In this document: piece after piece, positions 38,225 to 47,765 of the stretch
Numbering within the stretch: the first letter of the stretch is position 1
Layout: each line of letters starts with the position of its first letter
Origin: an uncultured candidate division Zixibacteria bacterium
Lineage (GTDB): Bacteria > Zixibacteria > MSB-5A5 > RBG-16-43-9
Reading direction: 5' to 3'
DNA: 64,000 nt
Assembly (NCBI GenBank): GCA_963713865.1
Contig: OY970208.1
Location: 64,001-128,000 of the forward strand
The notes under the pieces: model-generated
The model's input: the letters and a program-made list of their open reading frames with translations, nothing else
Told to the model about the DNA's origin: nothing
The model's database searches: none
Position numbers and translations under genes: made by a program

Positions 38225-38959
38225 TTATCTACCTTTTTCTATCTCGGAAAGTAATTTTTTATCCTCCGGGCTAAGTATTTTCTTCTCCAAAAGGTCTGAC
38301 CTCTGTGCTAAGGTTTTTTTTAAAGCCTCTTTTTTCCTCCATAATCTTATCTTCTCGTGGTTGCCGGATAAAAGCACCTCCGGCACCTTCAGACCTTTAA
38401 ACTCTGCTGGTCTGGTATATTCCGGATAACCCAAGAGCCCTTCATAAAAAGAATCAGTCTCTGCGGACTGAAAGTTTCCTAAAAAACCCGGGATTAAACG
38501 AACTAAACTATCGAGGATAACCAGAGCCGGCAGCTCTCCTCCAGTCAAAACGTAATCTCCAATCGAGAGCTCTTCTAAATCATACAAAGATTTTATCCTC
38601 TCATCTATCCCCTTATAATGCCCGCAGATAATTATCAGATGCTCTTTTTTTGAAAGGTCAAAAGCCTTTTCCTGGTCAAACTTTTTACCTTGAGCGGAAG
38701 TCAGGATGATATGATAATCTTTTTCCTCTGGAGAAGCAATTGAATCTAAAGCTAAAAACAAAGGCTCTACCATCATCACCATACCAGCCCCACCTCCAAA
38801 AGGAGTATCGTCTATACTTCTATGTTTATCTTTAGTGAAATCTCTAATATCCATTAATTTTATCTGAATTAAACCATTTGTCTGGGCTTTTTTAATTAAA
38901 CTCTCATTTAGAGGGCTTAAAAAAAAGTTCGGGAAAATGGTTAGTATCGAAATACGCAT
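38225..38959 (-). CDS. trmD: tRNA (guanine37-N1)-methyltransferase
   Basis: DDTPFGGGAGM, CGHYKGIDER, SIGDYVLTGGE, YTRP, SGNH. Confidence 0.97.
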   Translation of the reverse strand: MRISILTIFPNFFLSPLNESLIKKAQTNGLIQIKLMDIRDFTKDKHRSIDDTPFGGGAGMVMMVEPLFLALDSIASPEEKDYHIILTSAQGKKFDQEKAFDLSKKEHLIIICGHYKGIDERIKSLYDLEELSIGDYVLTGGELPALVILDSLVRLIPGFLGNFQSAETDSFYEGLLGYPEYTRPAEFKGLKVPEVLLSGNHEKIRLWRKKEALKKTLAQRSDLLEKKILSPEDKKLLSEIEKGR

Positions 38960-38982
38960 AAGTTCAAAAAATATAAAAAGTA

Positions 38983-39492
38983 TTAGTCTAAAAGACCATT
39001 CAGGGGCTCTATATAGATGAGCTTTTCTTCGAGGTTAACTTCTTTCACCACCTTTTTTACAAACGGTATATAATATTCTCTCTTATCTTTTCCAACCACC
39101 AGAACAGGGTTAACTGGGGAAAAAAGGACCTCTTTGACCTCTCCGATCATTTTACCTTTCAGGCTTTCTACCTTACAGTCAACTAAATCAAAAAGATAGT
39201 ATCTATCAGGAGGAGCAGGAGGAACATCCTTTTTCTCTATTTCTAAATATTTTCCCTTAAGGGAGTCTGCCTTATTTCGGTCTTCAACCTCTTCAAGTTG
39301 AAGCAGGATTTTCCCCTGGAAAATCCTGCTTCCCCTTATCCTGTAAATTCCCTCCTTACCTTTTGCATCAAAGATAAAGACTTTTTCTACCTGGGTAAAC
39401 CTTTTTAGATCATCAGTCAGAGGAGCTATCAAAAGTTCACCCTTGAGCCCTCTGGCACGGAGGATTTTACCTATGGCTACCTTATCCGAAAT
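38983..39492 (-). CDS. rimM: Ribosome maturation factor RimM (apparent ATT start)
   Basis: Conserved VAIGKILRARGLKGEL lies upstream of the ORF-track start; C-terminal PRC barrel YIPFV; position between khpA and trmD. Confidence 0.9.
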   Translation of the reverse strand: MSDKVAIGKILRARGLKGELLIAPLTDDLKRFTQVEKVFIFDAKGKEGIYRIRGSRIFQGKILLQLEEVEDRNKADSLKGKYLEIEKKDVPPAPPDRYYLFDLVDCKVESLKGKMIGEVKEVLFSPVNPVLVVGKDKREYYIPFVKKVVKEVNLEEKLIYIEPLNGLLD

Positions 39493-39496
39493 CGTT

Positions 39497-39727
39497 CTAC
39501 TCCAGAATCTCCAGCATTGCCCTCTTACCCTTCTTGGCAGAGGCAGCCGAGATCAGAATGCGAATAGAGCCGGCAGTCTTCCCCTTCTTGCCAATCACTT
39601 TTCCTAAATCACCAGGTCCAACCCTCAGCTCATACACAGTAGTCTTCTCCCCTTCCACCTCTGATACAGTCACCTGATCTGGATGATCCACCAGAGCTTT
39701 GACTATGTTCTCGATAAACTGTTTCAT
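39497..39727 (-). CDS. khpA: KH-domain RNA-binding protein
   Basis: [17 protein letters not shown]; between rpsP and rimM. Confidence 0.93.
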   Translation of the reverse strand: MKQFIENIVKALVDHPDQVTVSEVEGEKTTVYELRVGPGDLGKVIGKKGKTAGSIRILISAASAKKGKRAMLEILE

Positions 39728-39748
39728 TTTAAACCTCCTTCAAAACAG

Positions 39749-40144
39749 TTATTCAGTTTTTGGTTCAGTTGCTTGAGCCTCTTTACTCTCAGTCTCTTTA
39801 ACTTCTTTAGTTTTCCTCTTTTTCTTTTTCCTCCTCTCCGGAATAAAATTAGAGATCTCCATTCCACTCACATCCACCCCTTTTTTAAGGGCGGCCCATT
39901 TCCTCAACAAACCCATTTTTCGTAGAAGAGAGTTGACCGTATCAGTTGGCAAAGCCCCATTCTTAAGCCAATAATAAACTCTCTCTTCATTTACCTTAAC
40001 TGAAGCTGGTTTATCAATTGGACTATACTGCCCTAAGGATTCAATAAATCTTCCCTCCCGTGGACTGCGAGAATCTGCCACTACGATCCGGTAAAAGGGC
40101 CTTTTTTTAGCCCCCATCCTCCTCAGTCTTATCCTGACTGCCAA
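39749..40144 (-). CDS. rpsP: 30S ribosomal protein S16
   Basis: [27 protein letters not shown]. Confidence 0.98.
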   Translation of the reverse strand: MAVRIRLRRMGAKKRPFYRIVVADSRSPREGRFIESLGQYSPIDKPASVKVNEERVYYWLKNGALPTDTVNSLLRKMGLLRKWAALKKGVDVSGMEISNFIPERRKKKKRKTKEVKETESKEAQATEPKTE

Positions 40145-40171
40145 ATACTCACCTCCTTCAGTAATTTAAAA

Positions 40172-41488
40172 TTAAAATCTAAAAATGGTTTTTAACTTCC
40201 TTAAATCCATCTTATGAAAATCTTTAATCATCTTTTGCATCACGTAAAATTGTTTCAGAAGCCGATTGACCTCCTGCAGGTCTGTGCCACTACCTTGAGC
40301 AATTCTTCTTTTTCTACTGCCATCGATAATCTGGGGTTTGAGCCTTTCCTGCTCAGTCATCGAGTTTATGATGGCCTCGATTCTGGTCAGAGCTTTATCC
40401 TCGAATGAGATCCCTTTTAAAGCACCACTTACTCCCGGAATCAGGTTCACCACCGAGTCTAAAGAGCCCATCTTCTTCAGCTGCTGAAGCTGGGTATAGA
40501 AATCTTTGAAAGTGAAAGCTTCCTGTCTTAACTTCTTTTCTAATTTTATAGCCTCTTCCTGACTTATTGCTTCCTGTGCTTTTTCCACTAAGGTTACAAC
40601 ATCACCCATCCCCAATATACGGGAAGCCATCCTATCTGGATAGAATACCTCAATCGCATCTAACTTTTCCCCGGTCCCGGCAAACTTGATCGGTTTACTA
40701 GTTACTTCTTTTAATGATAGAGCTGCACCTCCTCTGGCATCGCCATCTAACTTGGTTAAGAAGATTCCATCTATTCCTAACTTCTGTTCAAAGCTCAAGG
40801 CAATATTTACTGCATCCTGACCGGTCATGGCATCAACTACCAGGATGATTTCCTGGGGTGAAACCTCCTTTTTTATTAAGGAAAGTTCCTCCATCAGCTC
40901 TTCATCTATATGCAATCTCCCGGCAGTATCGATTATTGCTAAATCCAATCCCTCTTCTCTGGTTTTAGCAACTCCAGCCAGGCAGATCTTGATTGGATCC
41001 TCTTTTGAAGAGAAAACTGGCAAACTGAGACTCTTTCCTAAAATTTTGAGCTGTTCAACTGCGGCTGGTCTCTGGACATCAGCCGCAACCAGTAGAGGGG
41101 CTTTTCCTTTTTTGCGGTAGTAACTAGCCAGTTTACCACAGGCAGTGGTTTTGCCTGAGCCCTGTAGCCCGACTAATATCCAGACAGTAGGACCAGAGGA
41201 AGAAAACTTCATCCCTGAATTATCTTTTCCTAAAAGCTGAGTCAACTCATCATAAACTATCTTAATCATCTGCTGTCCCGGAGTTATGCTCTTCAACACC
41301 TCCTGTCCGATCGATTTAGACTCAACTCTGGTGATAAAATCTTTAACTACTTTATAATTAACATCCGCCTCTAAGAGAGCTCTTTTTACCTCTTTTAAGG
41401 CTTCCTTGATATTACTTTCGGTGAGTTTCCCCTGACCCCTAAGCTTTTTCAGGATTAACTCTAATTTATCGCTCAGCTCTGCAAACAT
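40172..41488 (-). CDS. ffh: Signal recognition particle protein
   Basis: GLQGSGKTT, DTAGR, TKLDGDARGG, M domain RRIAQGSG. Confidence 0.98.
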   Translation of the reverse strand: MFAELSDKLELILKKLRGQGKLTESNIKEALKEVKRALLEADVNYKVVKDFITRVESKSIGQEVLKSITPGQQMIKIVYDELTQLLGKDNSGMKFSSSGPTVWILVGLQGSGKTTACGKLASYYRKKGKAPLLVAADVQRPAAVEQLKILGKSLSLPVFSSKEDPIKICLAGVAKTREEGLDLAIIDTAGRLHIDEELMEELSLIKKEVSPQEIILVVDAMTGQDAVNIALSFEQKLGIDGIFLTKLDGDARGGAALSLKEVTSKPIKFAGTGEKLDAIEVFYPDRMASRILGMGDVVTLVEKAQEAISQEEAIKLEKKLRQEAFTFKDFYTQLQQLKKMGSLDSVVNLIPGVSGALKGISFEDKALTRIEAIINSMTEQERLKPQIIDGSRKRRIAQGSGTDLQEVNRLLKQFYVMQKMIKDFHKMDLRKLKTIFRF

Positions 41489-41605
41489 AATCTATTAGCT
41501 CTTAGACTAATTTACCCAACTTCTGTATGAGTTTACTACCAGCACCTTTTTGTTGGGATATTAAAAAAATAATATAATAATCCCTATATAAAAAGCAAGT
41601 AAAAT

Positions 41606-42254
41606 TTAAGCTTCCCTTAACTTTTTAATAATCTTCTTATAATCCTTGCTTTTGAAAATCGCATCACCTGCTACTAATATAGTTGTCCCGGCGTCTTTCA
41701 CCTTTTTGGCAGTGTTCTGGATTTATCCCCCCATCCACCTCTATCTCTACCTTTAACTTATTATCCTGAATGAACTTCTTAGCCTTTTTAATCTTCTTTA
41801 TAATCGAGTTTATGAACTTCTGTCCCCCGAATCCGGGATTTACGCTCATAAGCAAAAGTAAATCAATCTCTCCCATAATAGGCTTAGCCAGACAGAAAGA
41901 GGTTCCGGGATTCAGCACGCATCCGTTTTTTATACCTAAGTCTTTAATTTTGGTCAAAGTCCGGTGGATATTTCTATTCCCTTCTGAATGAACAGTAAGA
42001 TAGTCAGCTCCAGCTTGAACGAATTTTTCTAAGTATAAATCTGGATTCTCAATCATCAGATGAACATCTAAGGGGAGTTTGGTGCACAACCGGACAAAAT
42101 TTACCAACATTGGTCCGAAGGTGATATTGGGAACAAAATGACCATCCATTATGTCCAGATGGATCAGGTCTGCCCCTGCTTTTTCGACCTTTTTTATCTC
42201 CTCTTCTAAATACCTGAAATCTGCAGATAGGATTGAAGGTGCAATTTTAATCAA
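41606..42254 (-). pseudogene. rpe: Ribulose-phosphate 3-epimerase with a +1 frameshift near 41715-41720 (real lesion or sequencing error)
   Basis: IAPSILSADF, HLDIMDGHFVPN, MSVNPGFGGQ, EVDGG; the shifted frame continues TAKKVKDAGTTILVAGDAIF to a stop at 41606. Confidence 0.88.
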
Positions 42255-42374
42255 TTTCTACCTCTTTTTTGATTTTTTTGACTATAGCCTTTTCACCTTT
42301 AGCCTATAACCTGCCTTCTCAATTGCTAATTTTCGCAAGGCTAAAAAACTTGCTTTACACTCTTTCATACCACA

Positions 42375-42416
42375 GCTTTTAGCTATTAGCTACTTGCTAC
42401 GAGCTACCAGCTATTT
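42375..42416. repeat. Heptamer tandem repeat (GCTAYNN)n
   Basis: gctttta gctatta gctactt gctacga gctacca gctattt. Confidence 0.75.
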
Positions 42417-43180
42417 TAGTCAGTTGTACTCACCTCTAACTCCACTATGCTCCCTTTCCTGACCTCAGCTCCTTCCTTGGGAATCTGGTTTAAAACTGTT
42501 CCGGGTAGAAGTTTATTCTTTACCTTATATTTTATCTTGCCTAATTTTAAACCGAAATTTTCGATCTCGGATTTGACCTCTTTAATATTTTCGCCTTTAA
42601 ATTTCGGAACCTTAACCACCTCTAAAGTATCTCCCTTATTAATCAGAACTCTGATCTCCATACTCAAAGGGACAGTAGTACCCGCAGATGGGAAGCTTTC
42701 TATCACCTCATCCGCAGGTAAACTGTCAGCCGATATGAAAACCGGCTCGCCAATTTTCAATCCACGCCCCTCTAAGGCTAATTCAGCCTGCCGTAGAGTC
42801 ATCCCTTTAAGCTGAGGGACAGTAGCTTTCTCCCCTCCTTTGCTCAGGACTACTTTGATTTTCCTTCCCTTTTTTACCTTCGATCCTGACTCGGGAATCT
42901 GGGATATGATGGTCCCGGCAACCCTTTTCAGATCATATTCTTCCCCTATGACCCTTAATTCCAGCACTTTGTCTTTGAGTATGGTGTTAGCTTCCTCCGG
43001 GCTCAATCCTAATAAATCTGGAACTGTTGACTCCTGCCCTAATCTAACGAATAATGGCATCAGAATCTGATCAAAAAGAAGTAAGAATAAGAGAATTGCT
43101 AAAATGAAAATTCCAGCTCTTATGAGCCATTTATTTTTAATAAATCTGGTAAACTTAGCTTTTATTTTCTCATTATCCAT
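42416..43180 (-). CDS. PASTA-domain membrane protein (3 PASTA repeats)
   Basis: TM helix, then VPDLLG, VPQLKG, VPKFKG repeats. Confidence 0.9.
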   Translation of the reverse strand: MDNEKIKAKFTRFIKNKWLIRAGIFILAILLFLLLFDQILMPLFVRLGQESTVPDLLGLSPEEANTILKDKVLELRVIGEEYDLKRVAGTIISQIPESGSKVKKGRKIKVVLSKGGEKATVPQLKGMTLRQAELALEGRGLKIGEPVFISADSLPADEVIESFPSAGTTVPLSMEIRVLINKGDTLEVVKVPKFKGENIKEVKSEIENFGLKLGKIKYKVKNKLLPGTVLNQIPKEGAEVRKGSIVELEVSTTD

Positions 43181-43241
43181 ATAAGTAAATATAATCTTTC
43201 AAACCTCGAAAGTCCAAAAATATTATAAATCTTTTTAGTCC

Positions 43242-43268
43242 GTAGGGGCGAGGTCACCTCGCCCCTAC
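43242..43268. repeat. Perfect GTAG-ended REP-like palindrome, family G
   Basis: GTAGGGGCGAGGT-C-ACCTCGCCCCTAC. Confidence 0.85.
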
Positions 43269-43306
43269 AATACAGGTCAGTCTAAAAATTATGCAATATA
43301 AAAGAT

Positions 43307-44641
43307 CTAAATTACTTTTCTGAGTTTCACTGCAAAAGTTCCATCCAAACCGTGAAGGTGAGGATAGGTTCTGACATATCCTTTTTTATTAACAACACTT
43401 TTGTCAACGAAATCTGAAGCATCTTCCTTTATAAAATTCTTTCTTTGCTCCAGGAATTGTTCGATAACCTTCTCATTTTCTTCTTCAGCCAAACTACAGG
43501 TAGTATAGACAATCACTCCATTTTTTTTAACGAGTTTTGAGGCATTAAAGAGGATAGCAGATTGAATTTTTGACAACCTTTTTATATCCTCTTTCTTCTT
43601 TTGCCATCTGGCATCTGAATTCCTGCCTAAAACTCCCAAACCCGAACAAGGGGCATCGATTAAAATCTTATCCACTGGCTCAGTTGAATAACTCCGGGCA
43701 TCTCCGATCTGAAAATCGACATTTTTAACCTCCAGCCTCTTACAATTCTCTTTTATCTTCTCCATTCTATCCTGGCTTACATCTAAAGCTATTAATTTAC
43801 CGGAATTTTTCATTAACTCTGCTGAGTAAGTTAATTTCCCCCCGGGAGCAGCACACATATCCAGAATCGTCTCCCCGGGTTTTGGGTTCAAAAGCATGAC
43901 TGGAAACCCCGCGCTTTCATCCTGAGGATAGATATAACCTTTTGAGAATAGAAAAAGATATTCTAAATCGATTTTCGATTCTATCCAGTAGAAGTTATTT
44001 AAGAAATCACCTCTTCTATATTTTATATTCTTTCTATCCAGCGCTCCCTCTAAATCCTTTTGCTCAATCTTTAAGCTATTTAGTCTTAAAGAGAGCTTAG
44101 CCTTCTGGTTAAAAGCCTCACACAGCTTGATCGTTCTTTCTTCCCCTAATTGCCTGAGCCAATCTTCGATCATCCAGTCCGGGAAAGAATGAATCGTACC
44201 AATGGCTTCAACCTTGTCTTTTTCCATCGAAGGAAAGGTAACCCTTTTTTTATCCCGGAGATAATTTCTTAATACCGCATTAACTAAACCAACTATCCCC
44301 TTATGCCCGAATCTCTTAGCTAATTTAACCGATTCATCCACAGCCGACCGATCCGGTACCCGGTCTAAATATTCTATCTGATATAATCCCAGTCTTAAAA
44401 TGTTCCTTATCCAGGGAGTCAAATCTTGAATCTTACCTTTAAGAAAAAAACTGAGGATATAATCCAGCCTTCTTCTCAGCTTGGTAACCCCATTTACCAA
44501 TTCCCGAATAAACCTATTATCTAAAGATGATAGTCTGAGATTTTTTGAATATTTCTCAATCGTCTCATTCGCAAAAGCAGATTTGGTTTCAATATCATAT
44601 AAGATTTTGAGAGCAACTTCTCTGGGATTTATCTTTTTCAT
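43307..44641 (-). CDS. rsmB: 16S rRNA (C967-C5)-methyltransferase
   Basis: NusB-like N-terminus, DMCAAPGGK, DAPCSGLG, YTTCS. Confidence 0.95.
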   Translation of the reverse strand: MKKINPREVALKILYDIETKSAFANETIEKYSKNLRLSSLDNRFIRELVNGVTKLRRRLDYILSFFLKGKIQDLTPWIRNILRLGLYQIEYLDRVPDRSAVDESVKLAKRFGHKGIVGLVNAVLRNYLRDKKRVTFPSMEKDKVEAIGTIHSFPDWMIEDWLRQLGEERTIKLCEAFNQKAKLSLRLNSLKIEQKDLEGALDRKNIKYRRGDFLNNFYWIESKIDLEYLFLFSKGYIYPQDESAGFPVMLLNPKPGETILDMCAAPGGKLTYSAELMKNSGKLIALDVSQDRMEKIKENCKRLEVKNVDFQIGDARSYSTEPVDKILIDAPCSGLGVLGRNSDARWQKKKEDIKRLSKIQSAILFNASKLVKKNGVIVYTTCSLAEEENEKVIEQFLEQRKNFIKEDASDFVDKSVVNKKGYVRTYPHLHGLDGTFAVKLRKVI

Positions 44642-44660
44642 TTTTTTGTTTTTATCTTTC

Positions 44661-44851
44661 GTAGTGCGACCCTGCTTGTCCCGCTGTAAGCGGGATCAGG
44701 ATCGCTTGCTTTTTCGTAGGGCAACCCTTCAGGGTTGCTTATTGTTTTGGTAGGTCAGATATTCTTGTCTGACCCTAAAGAACAGACAAGAATGTCTGTT
44801 CTACCGCTTTTATTCCTTTGAACTTTTAAACCATTGAACTTTTGAACTTTT
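44661..44851. repeat. Palindrome mosaic (H, G-like, F x2) plus octamer tandem TTGAACTT
   Basis: 44661-44705, 44716-44738, 44749-44774, 44779-44805, 44818-44851. Confidence 0.75.
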
Positions 44852-47404
44852 TTAAATGACCTCCATAGGCGACAATAATTGATCCTGCCTTTTCACAAAA
44901 AGCCCTGCCCTTTTTATCAACAAACTCAAGACTTCCTTCTCCTTCATCCCGAAGCCGTAGATTAAAACCTCCTGAGGTCTTGCATGACCGGAACTGCCCA
45001 CCGATAAAAGCATTTTTAAGGTAGAACCTTCGTTTTCAAGTTTAAAGATCTCAAATCTAATATCCACTTCCCTCAACTCTTCTTTAGAGACACGGGAAAC
45101 CATCAAATTTCTTTGTGAGAGGGTATATTCTATTTTTTCTGTTATTTCCGTTTTAGCAATAGGTAGTTCTACTTTATAAAAAGCCGCATTTATAGCCGAA
45201 GATAATGATTCCGCTTTGGTAAAAATAGTTTTAGCCTCTAAGATTTTGAAACCTGAAGGTAGAGCTTTATTTAATTTTAACAAAAATTCATTTGAAAAAG
45301 GCTCGGTTAATTGTAAATCAAGATACTCGGCTTCTGAGATGAAACCTAAAGGAAGAGGTGGACCAAAGGCAATTTTAGGATGGGGATGAAAACCCTCTGA
45401 ATAGGCAATTGGGATGCCGCAACGCCTGATTGCCCGCTCGAAAGTTCTGAGCACATCTAAATGGGAGGTAAATCTAACTTCTTCACCTTTACTCCATCTC
45501 AATCTGATTTTACTTCGAGCAATCGTCGCAGTTGACACTGGAGCAATCTTTTTTTTCGTTCTGCCGTAACTATCCTCATCTTCTTTTTCAACCTTTATGG
45601 TTTTGCCTGTGATCTGCTCTATCTCTGGCTCCTTTTCTTCTATTACCTTTTCTGAGCTATAGGCTCTTTCTCTTTCCCTTTTGAGAAAATCTTTACTTAT
45701 CCCTTTATCTACATGCTCCCAGGGTAGAGGTTCATTAAAATCTCTTTGCCTGAGATACTCCTCAGGATTTATTTGATTCTTTTCAAAAGCGTTTCTCCAG
45801 AAAGCGTAATTGAAAAACTCAGTCCAGGCATCTAATCTTGCTCCACTTTTCCAGGCTGAATAGATAACCTTGCCAAGTTTTCTATCCCCTCTGCCTAAAA
45901 CCCCCTCTAAAAAGGATACCAGAGGGTCCCGATAGCTTACTTTTAAATTTCTGAAATCAAGTAAGTCCCTGAGCAGATAAATCTTTTTCTCGATTTCCTC
46001 GACTTTCTCCTCTTTCTCCCATTGAAATGGTGTATGTGGCTTGGGAGTAAAAGGAGAGACGGTGACATTCAGGCTTTTCCCCGAACCAAAATTTTTCCCG
46101 ATTTTAAAAACTTTTCTCACCAGCTCTGCAATCCCTTTTAAATCCTCTTCGGTTTCAGTCGGAAGCCCGATCATAAAGTAGAGTTTGATCAGATTCCAGC
46201 CTGAGGAATAGGCTATCTCCACGCTTTTGAGCAGGTCCTCTTCAGTGATATTCTTTCTGACGACATCTCTCAATCTCTGCGTGCCTGCTTCAGGTGCAAA
46301 GGTCAATCCGGTCTTCTTGGTCTGGGTAATAGTTTTAGCAATATCCATTGAAAATGAACCCGGACGTAAAGAGGGCAAGGCGATGGAGATTTTTTGGGAT
46401 GAAAACTTTTTCTGCAGTTTCTGCACCAACTCTGGTAAGCGGTGATAATCGGTTGAGGAAAGGGAAAGCAAGGAAATCTCCTCCCAGCCGGTACTGGCGA
46501 TTCCCAACTCAGCCTCTTTCAAAACCTGCTCTACGCTTTTTTCTCTCCTGGGTCTGTAAATCGCAGTGGCTTCACAGAACCGGCAGGCTTGGCCGCATCC
46601 TCTCATAATCTCCAGGGTAAGACGGTTATGAGTTGTCTCCATAAAGGGAACCAGAGGAGATGGAGTGTAATATTCCTGTTTCAGCTCTGGAATTGTATTA
46701 GCGTTAATCTTATCCGGGACTTCTGAGATTTTCGGTGAAAATCCTGCGAAATGATTATAAGAATTATACTTCGGCTTATAAAAAGTTGGAACATAAACCC
46801 CCTGAAGTCTGGAAAGCTCCAACAGTAACTCGCTTTTCTTTTTACCCGTCTTTTTCTTCATCTCTATTAAATCCAAAAGCTGATTTATAATCTCCTCCGC
46901 ATCGCCGATGACGAAAAGGTCAAAGAAATCTGCCATAGGCTCCGGGTTAAAAGCAGAAAACCCGCCAGCTATTATCAGAGGAAAATCCTCACCCCTTTCT
47001 TCTGAGAAAACAGGTATTCCAGATAGTTCTAAGATATTCAGCACACCGGTATAATTCAGCTCATAGCTTAATGAAAAACCGAGGACATCGAATTCTTTTA
47101 AAGGAGTAAGACTTTCCAGGGAAAAAAGCGGGATAGAGTTTTCTCTCAAAATCTCCTCGGCATCCGGCCAGGGCAAAAAGGCTCTTTCACATAAGGTTGC
47201 TGGTCTTTTGTTGATTATATGGTATAGAATCTGCAACCCTAAATACGACATCCCGATCTCATAGATATCCGGATATATCAGGGTAAACTTGAGCTTATCC
47301 GTATGATCTTTTTTGATAACGTTCAGTTCGTTCCCGATATATCGACCGGGTTTGATCACAAACGGAAGAAGCTCATTTTTAATTCTTTTAGATAAAGTGT
47401 GCAT
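44852..47404 (-). CDS. TIGR03960-type B12-binding radical SAM protein fused to a TIGR03936/DUF2344-type domain
   Basis: KPGRYIGNELN, YEIGMS, RGCGQACRFC, FAPEAG; C-terminal RFTSHLD, SEGFHPHPK, SEAEYLD. Confidence 0.88.
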   Translation of the reverse strand: MHTLSKRIKNELLPFVIKPGRYIGNELNVIKKDHTDKLKFTLIYPDIYEIGMSYLGLQILYHIINKRPATLCERAFLPWPDAEEILRENSIPLFSLESLTPLKEFDVLGFSLSYELNYTGVLNILELSGIPVFSEERGEDFPLIIAGGFSAFNPEPMADFFDLFVIGDAEEIINQLLDLIEMKKKTGKKKSELLLELSRLQGVYVPTFYKPKYNSYNHFAGFSPKISEVPDKINANTIPELKQEYYTPSPLVPFMETTHNRLTLEIMRGCGQACRFCEATAIYRPRREKSVEQVLKEAELGIASTGWEEISLLSLSSTDYHRLPELVQKLQKKFSSQKISIALPSLRPGSFSMDIAKTITQTKKTGLTFAPEAGTQRLRDVVRKNITEEDLLKSVEIAYSSGWNLIKLYFMIGLPTETEEDLKGIAELVRKVFKIGKNFGSGKSLNVTVSPFTPKPHTPFQWEKEEKVEEIEKKIYLLRDLLDFRNLKVSYRDPLVSFLEGVLGRGDRKLGKVIYSAWKSGARLDAWTEFFNYAFWRNAFEKNQINPEEYLRQRDFNEPLPWEHVDKGISKDFLKRERERAYSSEKVIEEKEPEIEQITGKTIKVEKEDEDSYGRTKKKIAPVSTATIARSKIRLRWSKGEEVRFTSHLDVLRTFERAIRRCGIPIAYSEGFHPHPKIAFGPPLPLGFISEAEYLDLQLTEPFSNEFLLKLNKALPSGFKILEAKTIFTKAESLSSAINAAFYKVELPIAKTEITEKIEYTLSQRNLMVSRVSKEELREVDIRFEIFKLENEGSTLKMLLSVGSSGHARPQEVLIYGFGMKEKEVLSLLIKRAGLFVKRQDQLLSPMEVI

Positions 47405-47485
47405 ATAATCCTTAATCCTCTTATTCCTTCAAAGTTAATATAATCAGAAAAGGATAAAATAGATAAAGAAAAAAGTCGAGAGAAG

Positions 47486-47669
47486 GCGGGGGTGACCCGT
47501 TCTTCAACTCCGCTCAGGATGGTGACAGTTCGATTTCTCTCACTGTCCCTGAGCAAGGTCGAAGGGAGCTTGTCGAACCGCCGGGTCGCCCCTGCTAATT
47601 GCGGGTTATCAATCAATAGACCCGGGTTGCCTCAACATGGATCAAAACCCTCACCTTGTTGGCAAGGTG
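47486..47669. repeat. Nested palindromic elements plus families J and E
   Basis: Outer GCGGGGGTGACCCG...CGGGTCGCCCCTGC encloses CTTCRACTCCGCTCAGG...CCTGAGC..GTCGAAG. Confidence 0.7.
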
Positions 47670-47765
47670 GAGCTATTATCTAACTGCAAATTGTCACTCT
47701 TAGCCTGACGAATGCTAATCAGCCTGAGATGGATACCGCTTATATAGGCGAAAAATCTTACGACG

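Noticed and set aside
47356-47683. ORFs 47356..47616 and 47492..47683
   Set aside because: Both run through the nested palindromic element; no coding signature
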